Shown: piece after piece, positions 54,101 to 64,000 of the stretch
Layout of the letters: each line of letters starts with the position of its first letter
Numbering within the stretch: position 1 is the stretch's first letter
Source of the DNA: Phoronis australis
Taxonomy: Eukaryota; Animalia; Phoronida
Direction of reading: 5' to 3'
DNA: 64,000 bases
NCBI GenBank assembly: GCA_002633005.1
Contig: NMRA01000092.1
Span: 521,710-585,709, forward strand
Notes under the pieces: generated by a model
Seen by the model: only the letters and a program-made list of their open reading frames with translations
What the model was told of the DNA's origin: nothing
The model's database searches: none
Translations under genes and position numbers: made by a program

Positions 54101-54357
54101 AGAGCCAATACAGTATACAGCTTTCCACCAAGGCTAGGTGATGCTACCACATTATTCCTTGTTGCATTAGTAACTTGGTCATTGGCTAATTATCATTTTA
54201 TGGCCTGGTCATCCATTCAGCCAAAAGTAGTTCCAGAGGTGGCTTATCAGCCAATTATTCACGCATGCTGACTCACAATAGAAGCCTGATAGGAGTGAAG
54301 GTGGATAAATGCAGTGATCCTATAGTTTCTTGTGGTAGTGGATGTGTTCACGACATG
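51173..54357 (+). mobile_element. CATG-ended non-autonomous element, outer copy (51173-52607 plus 54099-54357), split by a nested copy
   Basis: Joining ...CTAAGCGTTTAT (52607) to TTAGAGCCAATACAG (54099) restores, to within about one base, the continuous CTAAGCGTTTGTTTGAGCCAATACAG seen at 257-282. The termini CATGCTAT(A/G)AACATTCCCACTA and TAGTGGATGTGTTCACGACATG are imperfect inverted repeats. Confidence 0.85.
52608..54098 (-). mobile_element. CATG-ended non-autonomous element, nested inner copy in opposite orientation
   Basis: Reverse complement of the outer copy along its length (compare the duplicated ORF-track peptides MKNNLVNAIFLHNPPPF at 52052+ and 53472-) and near-identical to 1-524. 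It lacks about 290 bp present in the outer copy at ~51735-52022. Confidence 0.88.
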
Positions 54358-55341
54358 GCTGAACTGTGTAAGCATTGGTGTGCCAACTTTCTCCTAGCTA
54401 TCGCTGTCGAACTGATAACGACACTTCTGTATCCTGACTAGCTTATCAGTGAAATCAAAGATACTCATCCCACAGCGTGGGTGCGTAACGGTCATGACCA
54501 TCGTCGAGAACTTCCTAGTATGAGTTGATAAGCTAATCCGTAATAGTGGTATTTCACTCTTTAGTGCAAGTGTATCACAAATGTTTTTCACAGTAGCATA
54601 AAATTTGAGCCTATTAGTTCCTATTAATGCTCCTCTTGTCAAGTAGACTTACTTTTGGATTAGAGCACATATGTTATAAAACTGGTTTTGAACTCTGAAC
54701 AGAAGTGATTCCCAGGCTTGGGAAGAACTAAGGTGCAGGCCCCAGACCAATTTATAGAGCTTCATGTCTTAGTGCTTTTAAGCACTAAAAAACACCATTT
54801 AAGTTTTGACATTGACTACATTGTCAGCATCATTAAGCCTTATTCTTTATGGCCCTGCGCTGCGTCAGCATCCCAAAAATAAAAAAATAGGAGAAACACC
54901 ACTGTAATTGAAAATTTCTTAAGCTTCACGGAAATGAGTTTAACGTGTGAACACACCCAGTGCCAATGTGTTGTGCCCACCATCATGACCTTGTACCGTA
55001 TCTGCGCTTCTCCAATGTCCACGAAAAAGGGAAAAGAGAGTTGTCGCAACCTCGACAAACGCAACGCCTTGCCATTCTTTATTGTACAATAAACCAAGGG
55101 GAAAATGAGCAGCAATATCTGAGGACTTATTACACTTAAAGCAATCATGGAAGATGACTAATGAGATAGGTTGTCCTGTCTTTGTACGTAGTATGTATCG
55201 ACCTATATATGCTCGTAATTCAAGGTCAGCCAATTAACATATTGTCAGGCAGTGTGTGGTGTTCTAATTTGACAGTTGATCGTCTGGTGGGGTTGTTCGT
55301 TGGTTTTTTTGATATGAAATTGATGATTTTAAGCACTTTAA

Positions 55342-55752
55342 GGTTATGCAGGACCTTATGACAAGTCTTGTGTAATTTAGACAAATATTAACTGAACTAT
55401 AAACTTAACTAAGTAAATGCACATATATTCTGAAAGTAGAAAGTCTGTAGAAATTGTTTTTTTTTAACTTAATACCAGTCTCCCATCCATAGGGTTGCAT
55501 CACCATGTCAGATAGAACAAAAAAGCCAGATATATTCATAGCAAAACAACAGCAACTATAAGATGCCCCATTTTCCTTTTTAACGCCGCATGCAAAAGTG
55601 GAACATTTTATAAACAATTAGATCAGTTTTGGAGAATAATGCAGCAAAGCATAGTATCTGAAAAGTTCACATAAATCCGATCAGCCTTTTCTGAAAGTTG
55701 ATGTTCCAAGGTGAGTCCAAATTTGGACACTTTTCTACGGTCTTGCGTCATC
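55342..55752. mobile_element. Kolobok-like MITE, family B
   Basis: TTAA|GGTTATGCAGGACC start, degenerate right end GGTCTTGCGTCATC, and the shared AAAGTTCACATAAATCCGATCAGCC...CCAAATTTGGACA block. Confidence 0.6.
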
Positions 55753-56693
55753 TTCGAAATAATGAATTGTCAGTTCTCTTCCATGGTCCAGTAATCACGT
55801 ACACTTGAAGCCAACTTTTAACACTAAGCCACCTGAATCAAAGTTGGTGTTCTTACACTGAAGGCAAGTTCACTGAACACCTTTAAATGTTCTTACACCA
55901 CAGGCACAAAGTTATGAAAAGGTGTTCATAAATCTGCAAATCATTAACATTGGCTATTACACTTCATTTTACCTTGTTTAACAAGGGGGTAACATGGTAT
56001 TATTACCCAGGAAGAATGTTGCCAGCATCTTACCACATAAAATTACATCTCAATTTGCCTTTGCTCTTGAGTAGCCTTCCTAACTGGCTTCGTTGGTTGT
56101 CTGTTATAGACTAGGTTGTGGTAAAGAGGGTACTGAACCTTAATGAAGAAAACCCACTTCACTTATGGCATGACATAACATCAGCCTTCCACTTCTCAAC
56201 TCTGTCTAGGATTCCTTCCTCTGGTCAGAGTATCTTCATTTTTTTTGATTAGTTTGTGGCACTTGACATCTAGTTAAGCCCATAATTTGTGAAACCAGAA
56301 ATTGATTCAGTGAGATGGCAGCTCCTTAACTTCTCATCAAGACAAGGTCGCAAGCATCAAACTCCTGGCTAAATCAAGTTGGCATGGGTGAATGTTGATC
56401 TTCAGCTGTTAGTGAACTCCAATCCCTCCAGTGCCTGTTATTATGTGTAAATTAGAAATACTAACTCACAGTATTAAAGAATGACAAGGAAGGGTTCCAC
56501 TAAAAACATGCACCAAACCAATCGGGTTATCAACGATGATGCTGAATGGAAATGGAACTAAAGCATTGGATTCAACAGTTGCTTTGAGTGTGGTACAGTA
56601 AAATCTCCTCAATTTCGGACAAAAACATTTGCCATGGAAATTGGATTTTTTCATTTTTCAAAGGCATTTCTTCTATTAGGTATTGTACATTAA

Positions 56694-57132
56694 AGATGCT
56701 CTGTCTCATTAAAACCGTGAATATTTAAATTTGTAGCAAGTGCCACCTTGTAACTTTCTGGAGAACTGTGAGTACAAGTATAATCAGGAAACAAAACAAC
56801 TTGTAAGTAAAATGCGGTTTTAAAGAAAACATCACAACTGAAACACTTAAAAACAATTGTGAACATATAGAAAACCTTAGTAATTTCAAATATTACACAA
56901 TCGTTATTTGATAGTGTCATGAACAAATAATAAAAACTGTACCTTGTTTTATTAGGGAAACGACATATTGTCATACTCATTTACATAAAAATAGTCTCGC
57001 AAAACAAGATTTTCGCAAGATTGTAATGGTATCTGGTTCTCGGATGGCAAAATTGGGGCACACCGGAAGACCCAAGGTTGTTTGTAAACTAGTATTTCAT
57101 TTGCATATTCACAATTTAATGAAACAGCATCT
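56694..57132. mobile_element. Kolobok-like MITE, family A, copy 2
   Basis: TTAA at 56690-56693 and 57133-57136, AGATGCT...AGCATCT TIRs, collinear with 17334-17766. Confidence 0.87.
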
Positions 57133-57149
57133 TTAAAACTGTATGTTCG

Positions 57150-57570
57150 GAAAATCCTTGGTGGTCACAGAATCTCATTATGCCCGGTCACAAAAATATT
57201 ACCTAGATCTTTGTAATCAGTGACATGTAACTACATTTTGCATCATGTTTGTCAGGGATTTCATGTAAGGCATTTTAGCCAAAAAATGGAGATGTACTCA
57301 ACTTTCCTTGAAAAAAATGAAAGTCATTATTTTTGATAGTCAAGCTCTTCGGCTAAATGGCCTTAAAAGAAAATACCACACATGCTGTTGTAGCTAATAA
57401 AGTAAAGAAACCAAATTTGCAAGTTTCAGGCAAGAAATCACGTTTTTTGGAAATACCATGACCTAGTAAAAAAATTATTATTCTTTTAGAAATAATGTAA
57501 TCCTGTCATTACGGATATACAGACATTGCTTTCAGACAGAATAATATTCTGTGACCATCATGTATTTTTC
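57150..57570. mobile_element. Candidate MITE
   Basis: Imperfect ~25-bp inverted repeat GAAAATCCTTGGTGGTCACAGAAT (57150-57173) / ATTCTGTGACCATCATGTATTTTTC (57546-57570). No TSD identified. Confidence 0.4.
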
Positions 57571-60442
57571 AAAATGTGTAATTTTATGGGTCTACTTAGG
57601 CTTAAAAAGTCAATTTTGATTCTTGGCAAAGACAATTAGGACAATTACCCTAAGTTTTCCCAATGGTTAGAGGTGTTCTTGCTATTTAAAAAATAGATAA
57701 GCATGACACTAAAATGGAAGTTTCGTTTTCAAGTTTTAAGATTGTTAACAGCCAGTTTTACAATAAATTTTGTGCATTCACAGTATCGGTTTATTGAATT
57801 ACTAAACACTAAACTACACTGAAGAAAAATTGTTTTGTGAGAGAGGTATTAAGTTTGGTGTCAAAATTCTTGAAGTAGTTTGGATTAAATGTGTGTAGTT
57901 TTGAAGTCACGATCACTTTTCACATGCCATTTTATTACGCAATAGCAAAATAACAGAATGTCAAAACAACACTTTGTTTATAGCAAGTTAGTAATAAAAG
58001 GCAATTACCCCTTAGATTCCAGGTCTTAAACAGCGAAAAACTGTGATTTATCACTTGGATAACCTCAGTCTCATAAATACGTAGCCAATTCTATCATGCC
58101 TCAGTTCGCTGACCACACAGGCACTTGAATTGGAGTAAGTTGAGTGAGTGCAAATTGTATTATCTCTAAGAATTGGGGTAAGTTTTCATACTAGTTTAAC
58201 TTTTGTCCACACAACACAAATAACTTATATACTGATCACTTATATACTAGCCCAAGTTCCATCTGTCACAAAGGGCACTAGTGGAGTCTGGACACATTTC
58301 AATTTTTGTTTGTCAGTAGGTGCAATATGAGGAAACAATGTTTGACTTATAGTGCCAATGCAATAATATTTGACACATCGCAAATGCAATTTATAACAGG
58401 TCCGATTGTCATTAACTAATTGCTATTTGAACATCTTGGAGTAAATGAAATCAGTAATTATGCAGCAAATATTGACCTGTGCCAATTATTGACTTTGGAG
58501 GGCCATTTCTCTACACGTGATGACTGAGTATTGAGCTGTAATATGAAGTGACTCAGTATTTCATCACATTCAACTCACACTTGGCTATTCCCAGCTTTTG
58601 CATTAGAGTTAGGTCATATTTTTGTTAGCAAGATAACTAACTTGTAAACTGCTACCTTTGCCACTGGAAAGTATTAATTCTGAAACTAAAAATGGAAGGC
58701 ATATTTTTCCCTTGTCGTAGTTAGTATGCTTGTTCAATTTATTTTTTAGAAATGATTTTGAATGAAACAGTCTTACCGGACCATTACGTTTGTCACAAAG
58801 GCTCAATTTGTCCTATGACATGTCATGATCCTGTTGGTGAAAACAGAAGCCACTCATAAAAGTCCACATGCTGTGACCTGCAGACAGCGATTACTATACC
58901 TTTTGTGTTTCCAAAGCAATAAACCTAATCTGCTGTAAATAATTTCAGGTGTGCACTAACAAAGATTTACACACTCAATCATGCTGCTTGGCTGGGGTAT
59001 ACCTAATGTTGTCACCAAAATTCCTGTGACGTCATGAGAGACCACGCTGGATGAAGCACCTCAGCTAGCCTAGTCTTGGTATAGCAAGGCCTGTAAACAC
59101 TATTCCCTAGTCATGTGGGACATGCCACTCAGAAAGGTGACTTTTTCGCGTTCCGTGTGCCTTTTTGTATAAATTCCCAACAACAGGGTTCACTTTACAG
59201 GGTTTGAAACTACAGTAACTTTTTCTTCCGCTTGCCCTATGGGCAAGTCCACTCAGAGTTTACTTACCTAAACAGAAAATTCATGTTGGCTAGAATATGA
59301 AACTTTTTTGGTGCTGAATTAAACAATTTGAAGCTGTTGCAGGAAGATTAAAAATTTCAATCACTTTCAAAGAATTTTTAATTAATGAAAACCTGAATGA
59401 AATTCAGTAACAAATAATCAATAGACCTATATGTTCCAGGTCAAGAATGAAATGCATACAGGTCATAAATCAGCTTTTTGCCAAAAATGTGACCTCCAGA
59501 CAGTGTTTGTAAACATTAGGAACCCCTCCTTTTCACCTGCCCATAGATAGTGTGATTCGCATTGCGTTATAAATAGGCCTTGTCTTGATTTCATACTGAC
59601 TATTTCAGCAGTATGGATGAAGAGTTCATCGATCTTATGTAGATGCTTTCTACAAATAAGTCCTTTTTGGTGCACAACTCTCTAAATATAAATAAATGGA
59701 CATCTTATTCACTCCCGTAAAAATATACCAAAGGTAACCCCACCCCTGGTATGAGAATAACTGATTTTCAGTGTTTTATGGCCCTTTTCCCTGGCCTTGC
59801 TTGATAGTTCAGGGTCTGCAGTCAGCGTCACTGCCTTGGAGTGCTTAAATCTCCTCTAAGACCAAAGTTGAAATGTAGTAAACTGGATTTAATGCTGTAA
59901 ACTGCTGGATTAAACCACAGAGTGATGACAGGGAATGGCTTGACTTGGGTGTCATCAAACTTGTCAGCTAGTGTCACTGTCAACAACGGCACCACATTAT
60001 GTTATTTTTTGTAAATATTTTGATCAACCAATCACCATTCTACAATTGTATGCATTTCATTACAGTTATTATCCAAGTATGGGCTCGACTCTTCATATTT
60101 AAGAACACTTAAAACTTCCAAGTTTGAAATTGCTCTGTACTTACCTGATGATTAAACTTGATTAATCTTGATTTGACTCAATGGGATATGGCATTTAGTT
60201 AATATGACTCAATGTGATTATTCATTCTCAACATTTCAGTTGGGAGTGGGTGGCCTACTTGATCATTAACTAATTGCCATTCATTTCACTAAATGGAAAT
60301 AAATGATTAAAATATTACGCAACACATATTTACACATGGTCGATTGGACCCTCTGTAGCATTCAAGGTGATTGGAGTGATTGGGCAGCAAATTCTCTTTT
60401 AGACATTGTGTTGACACTTAAGCAGCGTTTATAGGTTTATAG

Positions 60443-60521
60443 TCTCTCTCCCTCCCTCTCTCTTCCTCTCCCTCCCTCTCTCTCTCCCTCTCCCTCCCTC
60501 TCTATCCCTCTCTCTCCCTCT
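60443..60521. repeat. CT-rich simple repeat (polypyrimidine/polypurine tract)
   Basis: About 79 nt composed almost only of C and T, in (CT)n and CCCT units. Confidence 0.95.
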
Positions 60522-62764
60522 AGGCCACCCACAGCTCTTTATGTGGAGTGCTGACCCGTTGATTACAACAACACGATCTTTCCCGTACTCGATAAGGAAG
60601 CGCTGCTATTGAGAGCTTGTTACTAGCTGTAAAAAACCATGGGCGCTAATTACCTTAATAGTTAGCTATTCATGTACGATTTATTTTTACTGACGCAGAT
60701 GAGTGTACGTCCCTCGCACCTGCTGTACAAACGGTCTGTCTCTGGACACCTAGTATTATAGTGTACGAACTGTTTGAGAAATCCTAGTACAACCCTAAAG
60801 GGATGTAGTGTTTTCAGTCAGGATGTGTTCATCTTAATGTATAGTCCCATCCACACACAGCCTACCTTAGAACAACTTGCACCAGTACAACTTAACCCAC
60901 TTAGTGGAGTGTCCACACACACGTCAGATGACTAGGGTGAGGCGGAAGATGTCGTTCTGTGCATGACAGTGAACACCTAATGTGAATATGATGCGCTAAA
61001 GAAAACCTGTCTGTATGTAACCGCAGCTGATAATTACATCTACCTCAGCCCAAGTTTGCGGCCACACAGGAATAGAAGTGGCGCAAGTTACCCTACAACA
61101 AGTTTCCCTACCTCGATAAGGTGGAGTAAGTTGTCACAAGTGGGATAAGTTGCACTAATTTAAGTAGCATCCACACATCCCTCAAACCTAACCACAACTC
61201 GTTCCTGGAGTAACTTGTTCTCGGGGGGGGGGGGAGAAAGCCTGTGTGTGGACACGCTTAATTGGCATCCCTACTCATTTCCACTGGTTATATGCGGAAC
61301 AAAAGATTGCAGGAATGTTCATAAATGGAGTAGATTAATGTCTGGATTTGGAATGTGTTGTCCTTTGAAGATGACACTAAAATTGAGCTATAAGGTGAAA
61401 ATCTTGGTAATCCATCCTGTTTGTGGTGTAGATGTTGATTTGTCTGAACCTTTGACCCAGAATGCACCAGTCGTTGTCTGACAGGTGAGTTAATCATTAC
61501 TGATGAGGTTTTTTATTTAATTCACCGACACTGTAGAAAGAAAAATGAGTGCCTCCCGACACGTTTATGGCCCTACGGTTCTTAATTGTTTCCTGCATTA
61601 TGCAAAATATAGTTCCGAACAGTTGTTATTGCGAGGTTCGGGTTTCCTTAATTATTCACATTACGGCAATACAGTACACGTTTCACATCCTCACAAGGCA
61701 GTAAGGCAATTAGTTGATGCTCTTAGGTGTGAAAAATATTACATGTAGTTTACGTAATATATAAGATCATATTACATAAAGTCTACATATCTCCAAACCT
61801 AAAAGTTACTGGATGAATGAACGTCTATTACCTGAGCAATAACTTTGATTTCTGCTTGGAATTTGCATTGACAAAATCTTAATGACTGTAGCCTGTTTGA
61901 TTGTATTTGATGATTTTTCTAACTTTCTGTCTGATTTTCTAGTTGAGGACTTAGCAGGAGACATGTAGCACAAGCAGTTGCAATCATGGATTCATCCCCT
62001 GAATAATGTTTTGTGCGTAAATGCTGCCTTGATGTTATGAAGGTGTTTTGAAGAATGTCCAAAACTTGGGAAGATTACATCTCGGATTCATATTCAAACT
62101 TTCACATATTATGCTTTATACCATGTTCAACAAAACATTATTATGAATTGTTTGTGAAATATTCCACTTTTGCACAAGGGTGAATACAGGACTTTTATAA
62201 TTTTGATGAAAAACTGAAAAGTTCTATGAAACAAAAACAAAATTATATTTAGAAGACTGTAACAACTGTGTTTTAGAGGTTTCATCATGAAATTTACCTC
62301 ATGAAATATGGCCATGTCGTTAATACCGTTGTTTTGTTATGGATGTACCTTTCGTGTTTTGCTAAATTTTACTGAAAGACCTGCTTCCATGAGCCAATTA
62401 ATGTCAGATTGGTAATAAAAAAATCAAAACTCTACAGGCTTTGTAGTTTAAGAAATGTATAATTTTACTGTGTTAAAATCTACGTCAGTAAGAGAACAGA
62501 AGGCCAGTAATGTGTAAGCATATATATTTGTGCCTGAAGCAGGCGATACAGTAAGGCCGATAGAGGAAGAGAGACCCCTTACGGCAATGACATAAACTAA
62601 CGGAGGGAGGAACTCGGTGGCTGGCGCTGGCGCTATAGTTTTGTAAATATTTGGCTAAATACGCCAACTGGTCAATAAATTCCTACATGACCTAAACTGT
62701 TAAGGAAACTTCTGGGGAACCATGTGACATTAGTTATCAACACATTCTAGAGAGACCGACTTCC

Positions 62765-63055
62765 CCAGTGACCAATGCTTGGCATGGTCACTTAGTTACC
62801 TGTGACTTTGCCAGTGACCGCGATGGTCACACATCTGTCTTGCCTATGGTTATTTATTTACCACTTCTCCAATGACCAGCATGGTCACACAGGTATTGGC
62901 CTCTTTGCCAGTGACCAACACTTGGCCAAGTCAAACATCTGTAGTGTATATGGTCACTTATTTGCCACTTCGCCAGTGGCCTGCATGGTAACACATCTGT
63001 CATGTCTGGTCAGTTATTGGTGACTTTGCCAGTGACCAAGCTTGGCAAGGTCATT
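62765..63055. repeat. Degenerate minisatellite built from CCAGTGACC / TGGTCAC motifs
   Basis: About six CCA(G/A)TG(A/G)CC starts, most followed by an inverted (T)GGTCA(C) motif; ACATCTGT also recurs. Confidence 0.75.
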
Positions 63056-63389
63056 CTCAATCAAACATGTCTAGCCGTTTCTTAGTACCAAAGTCTTATT
63101 ACTTCACTAAAGAAGAACACTTAGCACAGTCAATTGAAGTGGCTCTTATTATAAGTAACCAATACCAAGCAGCAGTTGACATAGCACCCCACATGGCACT
63201 GCATGGTGGTACATAGACCAATAACTGACATATCTTCTGATGTTTAGTAAATGAGGCAGAAACAACAGGTGAACCTTCTGGAATGTTTCACTTTGAAATC
63301 GGATCAGATTTAATTGGCTCTGTAAGATCATGAAAGGCTTATGATGTTCCTTACAGGTGGTTTATTTGAAAAGTTAAAACATTAGAAAA

Positions 63390-63481
63390 CATGGGTGGCG
63401 CAGCACTGAAAAAAGTGGGGCTATACCCCCCCCCCCCCCCCCCCNCCCCCCCCCCCAGCCCCCTATGGTGCGCCACCCATG
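63390..63481. mobile_element. Tiny MITE with poly-C core
   Basis: Perfect 13-bp TIR CATGGGTGGCGCA / TGCGCCACCCATG, flanked by GAAAA at 63385-63389 and 63482-63486. Confidence 0.8.
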
Positions 63482-63590
63482 GAAAAGGGCATTTTCCATG
63501 GCACCTTGAACTTTGCCTATAGAAGTGTTCAAGAACTCCCAGTGTCATAACCCATGGCATTATCATGAATGCTGATCTAAGTTCCTTTGA

Positions 63591-64000
63591 GGCCCTTTCA
63601 TTCTAACGTGGACGCGTCGATGTTTTGGGGAGTTGCAGTCAATGTGAACAATTAACTTCGGTCGTGGATCCGAAGTTGACAGCTCCAGTTGTCTTCACAC
63701 TAAGCGGGTGGATTTAAATTTAAGTGTGGGGTGTCAATGCTGCAGTGTAGTATGAACAGTCAACTTCAGTCCCATCAAAGTTATCACCAGGGGCCACTGT
63801 TGTCGTCAGCAATTAAGGGCAGTGTCGTCGCTAATAGTTGTTATGTTTTGCTCAAATAATCACCAATCATATTCGAAATAGGTTTTATATTAATTACCAT
63901 GTGTAAATTTTCCATGTTGTTGTATTAAAAAACTCTTAGCGTGCACGTGATGCATAAGGGCTGCCTTGTGATTAATTTGATGACAACAGCGTCACCTACT
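63591..64000. mobile_element. PIF/Harbinger-like MITE, copy 3 (runs off the window)
   Basis: Starts GGCCCTTTCATTCT, complementary to the AGTATGAAAGGGCC end of the other copies; interior homologous. Confidence 0.7.

Noticed and set aside
141-63566. Remaining short ORFs of 60-106 aa in the track
   Set aside because: Lengths are as expected by chance, many use non-ATG starts or lie in repeats, and none shows a recognisable domain apart from the THAP and Penelope remnants listed.

Overview
AT-rich, gene-poor eukaryotic DNA from an invertebrate, probably a lophotrochozoan (mollusc/annelid/brachiopod; inferred from the receptor type and repeat landscape). One protein-coding region is well supported: an uninterrupted 404-aa rhodopsin-class neuropeptide GPCR of the myosuppressin/DMSR-1 (myomodulin-receptor-like) group at 11833-13047 on the minus strand. 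A good splice acceptor about 75 nt upstream of its ATG suggests the upstream sequence is a 5'UTR intron of unknown length. The rest is a mosaic of mobile-element relics: Kolobok-like TTAA-flanked MITEs (one with a THAP remnant), a TA-flanked CCGTA-ended Tc1/mariner-type MITE, a Harbinger-like MITE family, a tRNA-derived SINE, a decayed Penelope-like retroelement with a hammerhead-ribozyme-like motif, Crypton-like hairpin elements and short tandem repeats. The most unusual structure is a CATG-ended non-autonomous element of about 1.5-1.7 kb with no detectable target-site duplication. It has inserted into a copy of itself in reverse orientation (51173-54357), shares a segment with the mariner-type MITE, and has a near-identical copy at the window start, so inverted repeats bracket the GPCR across about 52 kb. 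All comparisons were made by eye; no database searches were run.
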